DNA of 64,000 bases, taken from the NCBI GenBank assembly GCA_963665665.1, contig OY762428.1, positions 3,264,001 through 3,328,000 on the forward strand. Reading direction: 5' to 3'. How positions within the stretch are numbered: position 1 is the stretch's first letter; each line of letters begins with the position of its first letter. Positions 1 through 9,788 of the stretch are shown here, one piece after another. A program made the position numbers and the translations under genes. Below the pieces are notes generated by a model. That model did no database searches, was not told the origin of the DNA, and saw nothing but the letters and a program-made list of their open reading frames with translations. Source of the stretch: Candidatus Kapaibacterium sp. (lineage in GTDB: Bacteria > Bacteroidota > Ignavibacteria > Kapaibacteriales > UBA2268).

Positions 1-2
1 AT

Positions 3-902
3 TCTCTTAGAAATCTATACTCGGCATATTTTGAATCTGCAAGGCTCAGGCAGGAAATTAACGTACTTAAAAGCAGTCTGCAAATATCCCGGAACAGGCT
101 CCAAAAAACACTTGATAAGGCTGAATTCGGAAATGCCCCTAAAATTGAAACTTTACAGGCAAGGGTTGACCTTAATGCCGACAGTTCGCAATACCTGCAA
201 ACCGAACTGGCTTATAAAAATTCGATCAGGAACCTGAATTTCATCATGGGCAGGGATGTATTGCTGGAATTCGAACCGGATACCAGCGTAACTTTTATTA
301 CTTTATTTACCCTGAAAGAAATGAAGATACTTGCTATGCAGGCAAATACATCTATCAACTCGGCAATTAAAACCAAAGAGATCAGCGCTTTTGACAGACA
401 ATTAATACTATCGGCAATTTATCCAAGGATTAATGCCAACGCTTCCTGGTCTTTCAATAAATCGGAAGCTGACGCGGGTTATATGCTTTCTAACCAAAGC
501 AGCGGTTTAGGTGTTGGCCTGAACCTGAGCTGGAATATTTTTGACGGGTTAAAAACTAACACTGCCGCTGAAAATGCCCGTCTGATGGAGGAAATTAATG
601 AAACTACTTATCAGCAACTGATTTCCCAGGTGGATATGAGCATGACCAATGCCTACGATACATGGAAAAGGCGGATGAAAATTTACCAGCTTGAAGAAGA
701 CAACCTGGAATCCGCCGAACTTAATTTCCAACGCTCAGAAGAGCTATACAAGCTGGGGCGTTTAACTTCGATAGAACTCCGTGAGGCACAGCTCAACCTG
801 GTACGTTCAAAGAACAGGATACTCAATGCCCGTTACCAGGCGAAAATTTCAGAGACGGAATTGTTGCTGCTCAGCGGACAGATGATGAAGCTGGGACTTT
901 AG
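3..902 (+). CDS. TolC-family outer membrane efflux protein, 5'-truncated by the window edge
   Basis: Frame is open from base 3 through the listed ORF 246-902. OEP-like segments (GLNLSWNIFDG; YKLGRLTSIELREAQLNL; ARYQAKISETELLLLSG). Confidence 0.85.
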   Translation, partial: SLRNLYSAYFESARLRQEINVLKSSLQISRNRLQKTLDKAEFGNAPKIETLQARVDLNADSSQYLQTELAYKNSIRNLNFIMGRDVLLEFEPDTSVTFITLFTLKEMKILAMQANTSINSAIKTKEISAFDRQLILSAIYPRINANASWSFNKSEADAGYMLSNQSSGLGVGLNLSWNIFDGLKTNTAAENARLMEEINETTYQQLISQVDMSMTNAYDTWKRRMKIYQLEEDNLESAELNFQRSEELYKLGRLTSIELREAQLNLVRSKNRILNARYQAKISETELLLLSGQMMKLGL

Positions 903-940
903 GGAATTGATGGGGCTTTCAAAAAAGTTAGGAAAACTTG

Positions 941-1006
941 CATTCTGAGTGCAGCGAGGAATCCATAACCCGCATGAATACTGGATTATTCACTTTGTTC
1001 AGAATG
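941..1006. repeat. REP-like palindromic element (CATTCTGA...GAATCC / GGATT...TCAGAATG)
   Basis: Imperfect inverted arms 941-965 and 982-1006. A related half-copy, GGATTCTTCGCTGACGCTCAGAATGAC, lies at 58540-58566. Confidence 0.65.
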
Positions 1007-1105
1007 AGAAATCGTAAATGATTTTAATAAAGAGACTGCCCCGACTGCCGATAGGATAAAAGTAAATTTTTTGAATGAATAATAATTGTTGAAAGATAGA
1101 TAATA

Positions 1106-2128
1106 ATGGCGTTCCCGGGAAAATTATTTAAATATAATCCTGTCAGGCCTTTAATTGATTCTCAGAACCCTGCTATATCCTATTTTGCAAGAAGAGATTT
1201 TCTTTTAAGCAAAGTAAGCGATATAAGCCTGATATGGGATTGTGATGATTCCCTGAATATTCTCAGGAAACAAAAACCAGGAGGATTTTGGAAATCAAAA
1301 ACCGCGAATCGCCAAAAAGCTCCGGCGGTTAATTATGACTTGTTTGAAACATTCAAAGCATTTTCCCGGCTGATTGAAATGTATGAGTTTGATAATACTA
1401 ATCAATCCATTCAGAGAGCAGCAGATTACTTATTTTCATGTCAGACAAAAGAAGGTGATTTCAGGGGAATCATCGGGGAACAATACGCGCCTTATTATAC
1501 AGGCCTTATTATGTCCCTGTTGATCAGGGCAGGTTATGCCGCTGATGAAAGGATTGAAAAAGGATTTTCCTGGCTGCTGTCAATGAGGCAAAATGATGGT
1601 GGGTGGTTAATAGGCAGCCCGGGATGTTTCGGGGATTATTCCGAAGAAGAAAAGCAGAGAATTACCACTCATTATGTTGGCACCAAAAGGGACTTTGATT
1701 TTTCCCGCCCATTTACACACAGTGGAACCGGAATGGTTTTAAGAGCATTTGCCGTGCATCCGGAGTGGTCGGAATCGGAAGAGGCTTGCCATGCCGCGGC
1801 ATTAATTAAGGAACAATTCTTTTTGAAGGATAATTCAACATCATACCAACACCCTGATAACTGGGTGAATTTTAAATATCCATTTTTCTGGACTGATTTG
1901 ATATCTGCTTTAGATTCTTTATCACTGATTGGATTAAGTAAAGATGATCCGTATATTGATAAAGCATTGAAATGGCTTATAGATAACCAACTGGAAACTG
2001 GCCTCTGGGATAATAGTTACTCAAAAATCCATAGTAATATAAAAAATGAGAAGACATATCAGGTTCAGTTATGGATCAGCCTGGCAATTTGCAGGATTTT
2101 TAATAGATTTTATAATGTAGAGAATTAA
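1106..2128 (+). CDS. Prenyltransferase/squalene-oxidase repeat protein (alpha/alpha toroid), function unknown
   Basis: QW-like repeats: KQKPGGFW, LFSCQTKEGDF, LLSMRQNDGGW, LIDNQLETGLW. No signal peptide. Confidence 0.75.
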   Translation: MAFPGKLFKYNPVRPLIDSQNPAISYFARRDFLLSKVSDISLIWDCDDSLNILRKQKPGGFWKSKTANRQKAPAVNYDLFETFKAFSRLIEMYEFDNTNQSIQRAADYLFSCQTKEGDFRGIIGEQYAPYYTGLIMSLLIRAGYAADERIEKGFSWLLSMRQNDGGWLIGSPGCFGDYSEEEKQRITTHYVGTKRDFDFSRPFTHSGTGMVLRAFAVHPEWSESEEACHAAALIKEQFFLKDNSTSYQHPDNWVNFKYPFFWTDLISALDSLSLIGLSKDDPYIDKALKWLIDNQLETGLWDNSYSKIHSNIKNEKTYQVQLWISLAICRIFNRFYNVEN

Positions 2129-2161
2129 GCACTCAAAGGGTGAATTTGCCAAAAAAATGCC

Positions 2162-2448
2162 ACTAATATAAATGTTGAAAACCGACAAAATGATTTTGGA
2201 ATGATTATCTCTCCGAACCCTGCTACCGATTTTATTGAAATTAAGAATATCAACCCAGGGTTAACCCATGGGTTGATGGCGATGAGATAGAAATCTAATA
2301 TCTGCCTGGCGAAAGATTTGCGTCTGAATCCATTCTTCCGCCGGCCGGCAGTCATCGGATGAATATTTCAGAATTGAATGCCGGAATATATTTCATTAAA
2401 TTAATTTCGGGAGTTGAGAATATTACAATGAAGTTTATTGTGGAGTAA
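2162..2448 (+). pseudogene. Orphan, decayed T9SS type-A C-terminal sorting domain
   Basis: Reads TNINVENRQNDFGMIISPNPATDFIEIKNINP, then a frameshift, then VDGDEIEI*YLPGE...MNISELNAGIYFIKLISGVENITMKFIVE*. PNPA, GIYFIK and K-F-I-V motifs are present. One frameshift near 2255 and a TAA at 2296-2298. Confidence 0.75.
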
Positions 2449-2811
2449 TTTTTATCATATTGATGATAGAAAAGGATTGAAAACTTTCTGATTACTCAAA
2501 AATAAATTCAGCGGTAAATGATAATCTAATTTGGTTGACATTTGTAACTGGTTTCTTATTACCGTCATTGGCAACTGAATGATTTTATTCTTTGAAATCG
2601 GTTAAAGTATAAAAATTAAAAATATTTAAGAACTTTAAATTAGTTATATTTGTTTAAGCTTAGATTAAACGTAATCCTAAAAAAGTTTAAGACTATTGTT
2701 TAATGGTTCAAAGCCTTTGTTTTGCAGAGTCATTATCTAATAACTAATTCTTTCTGTTGGAAAATGTTTTCTATACATTTTTATTCATTTATTGTCGGAA
2801 AGAAGTTAAAT

Positions 2812-3954
2812 ATGATGACGAATCTTTTAACAATGGGAGTTATTGGAACATCACTGAAAGAAAACGAGAAGCGGGTTGCAATACATCCGGAACACATCAA
2901 ACAGATACCCAAATTATATCGTAGGCAGATCACCTTTGAAAAAGGTTATGGATTGAAATTTGGTATGGATGACCTAACATTGGCTGAACTTACATCAGGC
3001 AGAGTTGCTGATAGAAATGAAATATTGTCTGAATTCGATTGCGTTCTTACACCCAAGCCATTAGTTGAAGATTTAGAATTGATCAAAGAAGGCGCTACTT
3101 TATGGGGGTGGCCGCACTGTGTTCAGCAAAGAGAAATTACTCAAAAAGCTATAGATAGAAAACTAACGCTGATAGCATGGGAAGAAATGTTTGCATGGAG
3201 CAAATCAGGTGATAAAATCATGCATATCTTCTACAAAAATAATGAAATTGCCGGCTATGCCGGAGTAAATCACGCGCTAAGCCTGATAGGTGTTAACGGG
3301 TATTATGGAAAACAAATGAAAGCAGTGGTGCTTGGATTCGGTTCAGTAAGCCGCGGTGCTGTATATGCCCTACAGGGTCAGGGATTCCGGGATATAACTG
3401 TTTGCACCGATAGATTGTCAACCCAGGTCCACGATCAGTCTCCAAGTGTATCTTTTATGCAAACCACGAATGATAAATCCGGTAACATACAGGTTGAAGC
3501 TGATGGGAATACACTTTCGATACAGGAAGTATTATCAGACGTCCAAATAATTGTTAACGGAGTATTGCAAGATAGTGATAATCCAAAAATGTTTGTCTCG
3601 GATATTGATTCTGAAAAGTTGATGAAAGGAACTCTTATAATCGACATAAGCTGCGATGAAGGAATGGGATTCTGGTGTGCAAAACCAACAAGCTTTGAAG
3701 AGCCAATTCTGGATGTTGATGGTAAGTATTATTACTCAGTTGACCACAGTCCCAGTTTTTATTGGAATTCTGCAACATGGGAAATTTCCAAAGCTTTGCT
3801 ACCCTTCCTTAAAAAAGTATTGCAAGGCCCTGACGGTTGGGAAAAAGACAAGACAATACTCAGATCAATAGAAATACGTGAGGGTGTAATTCAGAATCCG
3901 AAAATACTTTCTTTCCAAAACAGAGAAAAGGAATATCCTCATTTATTGCATTGA
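2812..3954 (+). CDS. N(5)-(carboxyethyl)ornithine synthase-like protein (AlaDH/PNT superfamily)
   Basis: N-terminal GVIGTSLKENEKRVAIHP, FEKGYG, GWPHCVQ, NNEIAGYAGV, Rossmann GFGSVSRGA, IIDISCD, YSVDHSPS. Start taken at ATG 2812. Confidence 0.8.
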   Translation: MMTNLLTMGVIGTSLKENEKRVAIHPEHIKQIPKLYRRQITFEKGYGLKFGMDDLTLAELTSGRVADRNEILSEFDCVLTPKPLVEDLELIKEGATLWGWPHCVQQREITQKAIDRKLTLIAWEEMFAWSKSGDKIMHIFYKNNEIAGYAGVNHALSLIGVNGYYGKQMKAVVLGFGSVSRGAVYALQGQGFRDITVCTDRLSTQVHDQSPSVSFMQTTNDKSGNIQVEADGNTLSIQEVLSDVQIIVNGVLQDSDNPKMFVSDIDSEKLMKGTLIIDISCDEGMGFWCAKPTSFEEPILDVDGKYYYSVDHSPSFYWNSATWEISKALLPFLKKVLQGPDGWEKDKTILRSIEIREGVIQNPKILSFQNREKEYPHLLH

Positions 3955-4199
3955 TATATTGAATTTTTATGTAATTTTCTCAGGGATGAGATTTTAAGAA
4001 TTTGATATATGACTGGATTGAGCATTATCTATTTCATCTCAATCAAATCGAAACGAGCCTTATTGTCCGCTTATAGGTTTATCCGTGTGATTACGGTATT
4101 CTATCTATTTGTACTGCATTCATAATTCCATATATGTAGTAGTTGCTGTGTTATTTATAGTGGCTATAGTGTAAATTTCTGAATTCGATTATAAAATAA

Positions 4200-4229
4200 T
4201 TTGCTGAATTATCAAATTTATTATATTTG
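4200..4229 (+). promoter_or_regulatory. Bacteroidota-type housekeeping promoter (-33 TTTG / -7 TAnnTTTG)
   Basis: TTTG 4200-4203, 18-nt spacer, TATATTTG 4222-4229, about 30 nt upstream of the ATG at 4260. Confidence 0.5.
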
Positions 4230-4259
4230 CTGTATTATTAATTTCAATTTGACAGGAAT

Positions 4260-5075
4260 ATGAAAAGATATTTAAGATTATCAGCCATGCCCTTAATTGT
4301 TATTTTCACTGTTTTTGTATCAACTGCATTAGCAGGCGAGATATCCTCTGATCCTGAAAATGCTGATGTGAAGGGTGGCTTTACAAATCGTACATGCACC
4401 CGTTATATAGCATATGGAACCAAAATGGAACGTAAGATCAAAGTATCTTTAGCCAAATATGACAGCCTTGGCAGGAAGATTGAAATAATTGCCTATTCCT
4501 GGGATGGCTCCCTGAAACACAGGTTCACGTACGAATATGATAGCCGGGGCAAAATGATTAAGGAAGTTTTTTATCATAAAGACGGAAGAATTATTTCAAC
4601 TACTATTTTCAAATACGACAGTCACGGCAATAAGATTGAACGGATTAAAAGTACAAGACATGGTTCTGATCAAATTGAAAAATTTTCTTATGAATATGAT
4701 AATCTGGGCAATAAAATTGAGCGAACAGATTATAATGATGCCGGGGATGTTCAGTATAGATATTCATACAAATATGATACACAGAATAATCTGACAGAAT
4801 ATACTATGAGATTAAGTAATGGGGCCGTTGTAGAAAAAATTTCTTGTAAATACGATAGTAGTGGGAAATTGATAGAAAGCCAGAGTTATAGTCATGGTAA
4901 ATATTCAGGGAAAAGTATCCACGAATATGATGATGACAGCAGATTGATTAAGAGCATTTTATATAATAGTGACGGATCTGTAAACCATACTAATACATAC
5001 AAATATGATGAGTTTGGTAATTTGGTTGAGAATAGCCTTGATGGCGGAATGACTAAGTATATATACAGCAATTAA
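4260..5075 (+). CDS. Secreted YD/RHS-repeat protein
   Basis: Signal peptide ending ALA. About 7 repeats of Y(E/K)YDxxG(N/K)xIE. Confidence 0.75.
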   Translation: MKRYLRLSAMPLIVIFTVFVSTALAGEISSDPENADVKGGFTNRTCTRYIAYGTKMERKIKVSLAKYDSLGRKIEIIAYSWDGSLKHRFTYEYDSRGKMIKEVFYHKDGRIISTTIFKYDSHGNKIERIKSTRHGSDQIEKFSYEYDNLGNKIERTDYNDAGDVQYRYSYKYDTQNNLTEYTMRLSNGAVVEKISCKYDSSGKLIESQSYSHGKYSGKSIHEYDDDSRLIKSILYNSDGSVNHTNTYKYDEFGNLVENSLDGGMTKYIYSN

Positions 5076-5505
5076 TTTGAAGTCCGGTGATTTTACATAT
5101 ATTACCTATTTCAAAAACAATAAATTATGATATTCAGTTTTTTTATATTTATAACGTTCTTTGTTACAAAATTACGGGTTAGTATCAAAAGTTGGATATT
5201 AATGGTTAAATTGCAAGGTAAATACATCCCGAAGGACTGTTACAATATCGCGCCTCAGGCATTTCATCATTCATCCCTTGGAAATTATGTGCCTTTGGAG
5301 TCTCAACCATGCCGGGCATAGCAAACTCCAATATTTATATACAAAACAATCACCCGGCAAAAGCGATTACCGGCACTTTCGGATAGAAACAGCAATTGAT
5401 AAAATGGATCGACCGGACTAATAGAACGAAATTCTATATCAAAAAAGTGAAACTCAGTGTTTTCTGAGTAAAATTTTACCTGAAAAAGTGTTTTTGAAAG
5501 CACAA

Positions 5506-5757
5506 ACTAAGGCTAAGATGACACGTACCAAGGCTAAGATGACACATACCAAGGCTAAGACGGCACAAACCAACGCTAAGATGACACATACCAAGGCTAA
5601 GACGACACGAACCAATGCTAAGATGACACATACCAACGCTAAGACGACACGAACCAAGGCTAATACGGCACGAACCAAGGCTAAGATGACACATACCAAG
5701 GCTAAGACGGCACGAACCAAGGCTAAGATGACACATACCAAGGCTAAGACGACACGA
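5506..5757. repeat. 21-bp tandem array A (12 units, ACCAAGGCTAAGA(T/C)G(A/G)CAC(AT/GA))
   Basis: Counted directly. The + frame gives T(K/N)AK(MTH/TxR) heptads. Confidence 0.95.
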
Positions 5758-6039
5758 ACAAGCGCTCGGAAAGCACGAGGGAACTCTCGGAAAGCACGGG
5801 GGAACGCTCGGAAAGCACGGGGGAACGCTCGGAAAGCTCGGGGGAACGCTCGGGAAGCTCGGGGGAACGCTCGGGAAACACGAGGGAACGCTCGGGAAGC
5901 ATGAAGGAACGCTCGGAAGAGACGGGGGAACGCTCGGGAAGCATGAGGGAACGCTCGGGAAGCACGGGGGAACACTCGGAAAGCACGAGGGAACGCTCGG
6001 AAGAGACGGGGGAACACTCGGAAAGCTCGGGGGAACGCT
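5758..6039. repeat. 21-bp tandem array B (13 units including one hybrid unit, plus a partial; GGGAACGCTCGG(A/G)AAGCACGG)
   Basis: Counted directly. In exact register with array A. The + frame gives GNAR(K/E)AR heptads with two TGA stops. Confidence 0.95.
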
Positions 6040-6280
6040 ATAATACTACAAAACAAGGGGTTTCGATGGTAAAAATTCGTTTTCGAAGTAAGTGAAAATT
6101 ATATTATTACATATAAAATCAATGTTTTACATGAATAATGCTCTATTAAGTAAAATTCCTAACGGAAAATGATCCGTATAGCTGAAATTCAATTACATCC
6201 GGGTGCAAATTTCTCCGTTTTATCTATTGAAGTTCTATGTCGAGGAAAACCAAATATTGGTGAATCTGACAAAATAAGAA

Positions 6281-6439
6281 ATGGCTCAAAGAATTTCATA
6301 CATAGACTATGAAGAAAAAAGCGAATACAGGGATACAGGAAGCAGGACAACACAATATACAACTTACTCCTATAGCCAATCAGATATCGATTACGGATAT
6401 GAAGGGGTAACTGCTATATTGAGTATAATAATTCAATAG
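6281..6439 (+). pseudogene. Short 52-aa ORF or gene remnant (MAQRISYIDYEEKSEYRDTG...AILSIIIQ)
   Basis: Open frame followed by a terminator-like hairpin. No recognisable family. Confidence 0.25.
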
Positions 6440-6460
6440 AAAAAATTGTAATATTATCGG

Positions 6461-6500
6461 AAAAATGGAGACTGTATAACTGATATAGTCTCCATTTTTT
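6461..6500. terminator. Bidirectional intrinsic terminator
   Basis: AAAAATGGAGACTGTAT-AACTG-ATATAGTCTCCATTTTTT. Confidence 0.7.
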
Positions 6501-6609
6501 CAATTTTCTCAAATAGAAATAACTTTGAACACATATTTACGTGTGAACTATGCAGATATTCTGACTCCGAAACGAGAAACCAAAGATTTAGATGATTAAA
6601 AAAAGTATT

Positions 6610-8298
6610 CTAAGCAGAATAATTTTTTAAAAACAAGTCTTCTGATTCTTTCTTTCCGATTAATATCAGCAACGCATCTTTCCTAAGTTCCATGTCAGGG
6701 TCCGGGTTTACAAATGTTCTGCCATCCTTCTTTATGGCAATTACATTGCATCCGGTATTCTGCCGGATGTTTGAGTTTTTCAGATTCCTTCCAATTAGCC
6801 TGTCAGGTACTTTGGAAGTAAAAATATCGATCCCTTCACTAAGCATAATTATCTGATTCTCTTTGTGAAAATTAAATACTGCATTTGCGGTCAGCGAGGT
6901 GTAGGACATAACCAGATCAGCGCCGGCTCTTCTTAAGGTAGAAACATTTTTATCCGTATTAGCCCTGCTGATAATCTGTATATCAGGCCTTAATCTTCTG
7001 CAGTATATGGTCAGGTAAATATTCATGTCGTCATCACTTGTAGATATTATAACCGAAGGAGCATTTTTTATACCTGCTTCTTCCAGAATTTGCAGATCAG
7101 CAGCATTGCCAACTATTGTTTTTTCCGGAAGTATCACATTTTTTTGTTCTTTTTCGACCATAGTATAATCTATGCCGCGTTTATTCAATCCGTTTGCCAC
7201 GAATTTTCCAACCCTGCCTGATCCGATAATTACAACAGGAGCCGTTTGTGTACCGAAAATTATAAATGTTTCATTGTAACGATCAATATTTTCTTTTTCG
7301 CCAATCATTACAAGTACTGTTGACTTTTTAATAACATAATCCGGCCTGGCATCAATAAAATCGCCGTGTTCCCAAAATCCAATAATATTTATACCGATCT
7401 TTTCTCTTAAACTCAGGTCAGAAAGTGTTTTGCCGATTAATGGTGTACCCATTACCGGGGCTTCGGCTATTATGAAATTCTCAAATTGTCCGATATTAGT
7501 GGCCGAGGCATTGAAACCTATAGTTCTTCTTGCGAAGGCATCACCTATCATCTTTCGTGGTTCCAGTACCAGGTTGCTGCCTGCCAATCCCAGAATATCA
7601 ATCGAATCATGAGAATCAGCTGTGGTAACGATTTGGGTTTTTTGGGTCAGTTCCCTCAGGGTAAAGGCAACATTGGTATTGATTTCATCAGTATTTGATG
7701 CGAAAATCATCGAGGCATTATCAGCTCTCATTTTTGTATAGGTTTCCGGATCATCAAGAAAACCATAACCAACTTTGTAGCCGATATCATAAATTTCCAT
7801 TGCTTTTTTCAGGTCATCGAGAATTATTATATAATTATTTCCATATCTGGAAAACTTTTCTATCAATGAAATGGTAATGTCGTCAAATGATGTAAAAATG
7901 ATATGTTTTTTTGTTTCTGCAGGAAGCGACCTCGGGGCTCTTGCTTTGTTTTGTGCTTCTATCCAGGGTGAATAAAAGAATTGAATAAATGTAAAAGGCA
8001 GAAGAACAAGGAGAAGCAATACTCCTGACATGAGCACAACAATCGAGAACAATCTTCCCAGATCACTATGGAAGGTGATGTCTCCGAAACCAAGTGTACT
8101 CATCACAGTAAGTGCCCAGTAAAAACCTGTTAACCAACTATGATGCTGCCCTTCGTATTCCATAATCACATGGAAGAGCACACTAAAGACGCTGATCAGA
8201 ACAAATAGCAGCAATAAGAATAGAAGCAAATATTTCAGGTTTCTTTTGGAACTTCTGTTTTGAAAAAAGTAAGAAAGTTGGGAACTAATGAACTTCAT
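6610..8298 (-). CDS. Potassium channel protein with tandem RCK (TrkA_N/TrkA_C) domains
   Basis: 2-TM pore with filter TVMSTLGFGD. Two TrkA_N/TrkA_C pairs (IIGSGRVG; GNAADLQILEEAGI). Confidence 0.9.
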   Translation of the reverse strand: MKFISSQLSYFFQNRSSKRNLKYLLLFLLLLFVLISVFSVLFHVIMEYEGQHHSWLTGFYWALTVMSTLGFGDITFHSDLGRLFSIVVLMSGVLLLLVLLPFTFIQFFYSPWIEAQNKARAPRSLPAETKKHIIFTSFDDITISLIEKFSRYGNNYIIILDDLKKAMEIYDIGYKVGYGFLDDPETYTKMRADNASMIFASNTDEINTNVAFTLRELTQKTQIVTTADSHDSIDILGLAGSNLVLEPRKMIGDAFARRTIGFNASATNIGQFENFIIAEAPVMGTPLIGKTLSDLSLREKIGINIIGFWEHGDFIDARPDYVIKKSTVLVMIGEKENIDRYNETFIIFGTQTAPVVIIGSGRVGKFVANGLNKRGIDYTMVEKEQKNVILPEKTIVGNAADLQILEEAGIKNAPSVIISTSDDDMNIYLTIYCRRLRPDIQIISRANTDKNVSTLRRAGADLVMSYTSLTANAVFNFHKENQIIMLSEGIDIFTSKVPDRLIGRNLKNSNIRQNTGCNVIAIKKDGRTFVNPDPDMELRKDALLILIGKKESEDLFLKNYSA

Positions 8299-8681
8299 AC
8301 AATTCGATTTATTATTTTAACAACGGCATTTATGTAAAGCTAATGATTTATTAAAATTATCCAAATAAAAATTGTTTCTAATATTCCGGATATATTATTC
8401 AGATAATTTCTTTGTTATCACTATTACGTTTAATATGATATATTATGATCCTGGTTAATCAGAATATGCCGTGCTTTTATCCTTCAACATCTGATATTTT
8501 TTAGGATTTTTTATTCCGAATGCAATAATAAATGTTTGAAATAGACATATTATAAAAAGAAAATATTAATGATATTTCAGGGTAGAATTTTATCTCTAAG
8601 GGTTATCAGGTTTTATTATAAACTATAATATTATCTGGAATTATTAGACAATCTCTTTGAAGAAATGGAAAAACTTACAAT

Positions 8682-9689
8682 ATGGACATAGCAACACAAA
8701 CAGTTTTGGGAGCAGCAGTTGGAGAAGTTGTTTTAGGAAAAAAAGCCGGAAATAAAGCCATTCTTTGGGGTGCTGTAGGTGGTATAATACCTGATTTGGA
8801 TATTTTTATCACGCCATTTTTCAGTGATGTTGACGGGCTTTTTGTTCACAGGGGGTTTAGTCATTCCTTAGTCTTTGCATTTATTCTTGCACCGATTCTC
8901 AGCTGGCTGGTTCATAAAATTCACCGGAAAAAATCGGGGATCTCTCAATTTGAATGGATGAAACTAATATTCATGGCCGCATTTACACATCCCATATTAG
9001 ATTACCTGACTACATACGGAACAGGGGCATTTCTGCCATTTTCCGGTTACAGGGTGGAATTTAGTACTGTTGCTATTGTAGATGTTTTTTACACCATACC
9101 ACTAATTTTGGTATTAGTAACAATAATGTTTATGAATCGTGCATCTATGTTGCGAAGAAGGCTTATTGTGGGAGTAGTTATACTGACTACTTTATACCTT
9201 GCCGGAACTGTAGGAAATAAAATCTACATCAATTCTGTTTTTGAAAAAGCCTTTGATAAGGAAAAAATTGATTATAATAGATATACAACCTCTCCGCTTC
9301 CCCTGAGTAATTTTTTATGGATGGGAATAGCTGAAGCGCAAGGCGGTTATTATGTGGGACTCTTTTCAAATTTTGATAATAGCAAACCATCTGATTTTTC
9401 CTATATACCACGCAATGAAGCCTTAATTGAAAACTTTTCTGATGATGAAGAATTAAAAAATCTGATCAGGTTTTCCAAAGGATATTATCACGTTGGTAAA
9501 GATAAGGACGGATTGTATCTCGCTGATCTGAGGTTTGGCAAAATGGGAATTAGTGAGAATTCTGATTATGTGTTTAAATTCTACCTTGTGACATCGGATG
9601 GAAAATTAACCATAAGGCAATCAGAAAGATCACGAAATGTTGATGGAAGTGATTTTGCAGCATTTATTCAAAGGATAAGGGGTATCTGA
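8682..9689 (+). CDS. Metal-dependent hydrolase, inner-membrane YdjM-like family
   Basis: MDIATQ...IPDLD...HRGFSHS...THPILDYLTTYG motifs with TM segments. Confidence 0.85.
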   Translation: MDIATQTVLGAAVGEVVLGKKAGNKAILWGAVGGIIPDLDIFITPFFSDVDGLFVHRGFSHSLVFAFILAPILSWLVHKIHRKKSGISQFEWMKLIFMAAFTHPILDYLTTYGTGAFLPFSGYRVEFSTVAIVDVFYTIPLILVLVTIMFMNRASMLRRRLIVGVVILTTLYLAGTVGNKIYINSVFEKAFDKEKIDYNRYTTSPLPLSNFLWMGIAEAQGGYYVGLFSNFDNSKPSDFSYIPRNEALIENFSDDEELKNLIRFSKGYYHVGKDKDGLYLADLRFGKMGISENSDYVFKFYLVTSDGKLTIRQSERSRNVDGSDFAAFIQRIRGI

Positions 9690-9723
9690 TATGGATGCTT
9701 CCTGATGGATCTATTTGCTATTA

Positions 9724-9760
9724 AAAGACTCGCCCAACAATATAAAATCGTTGGGCGGGT
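9724..9760 (-). terminator. Intrinsic terminator of the MFS-lyase-CoA-transferase operon
   Basis: ACTCGCCCAAC...GTTGGGCGGGT hairpin between convergent genes. Confidence 0.55.
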
Positions 9761-9788
9761 AAAAAACAATCAACCGGAAAAAAAATAT

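Noticed and set aside
2125-2355. 76-aa minus-strand ORF
   Set aside because: Antisense shadow of the decayed CTD on the + strand.
1106-2448. Stop-codon read-through fusing the prenyltransferase-like protein to the CTD
   Set aside because: Two stops, a frameshift and a further stop intervene, and the upstream protein has no signal peptide. A shared frame has a 1-in-3 chance.
5488-5904. Histone-like basic protein (TKAKMTH/GNARKAR)
   Set aside because: It is simply the translation of the repeat. The frame is broken by TGA inside the array and has no clear RBS.
5506-6039. CRISPR array
   Set aside because: Units are contiguous 21-mers with no unique spacers, and no cas genes are present.
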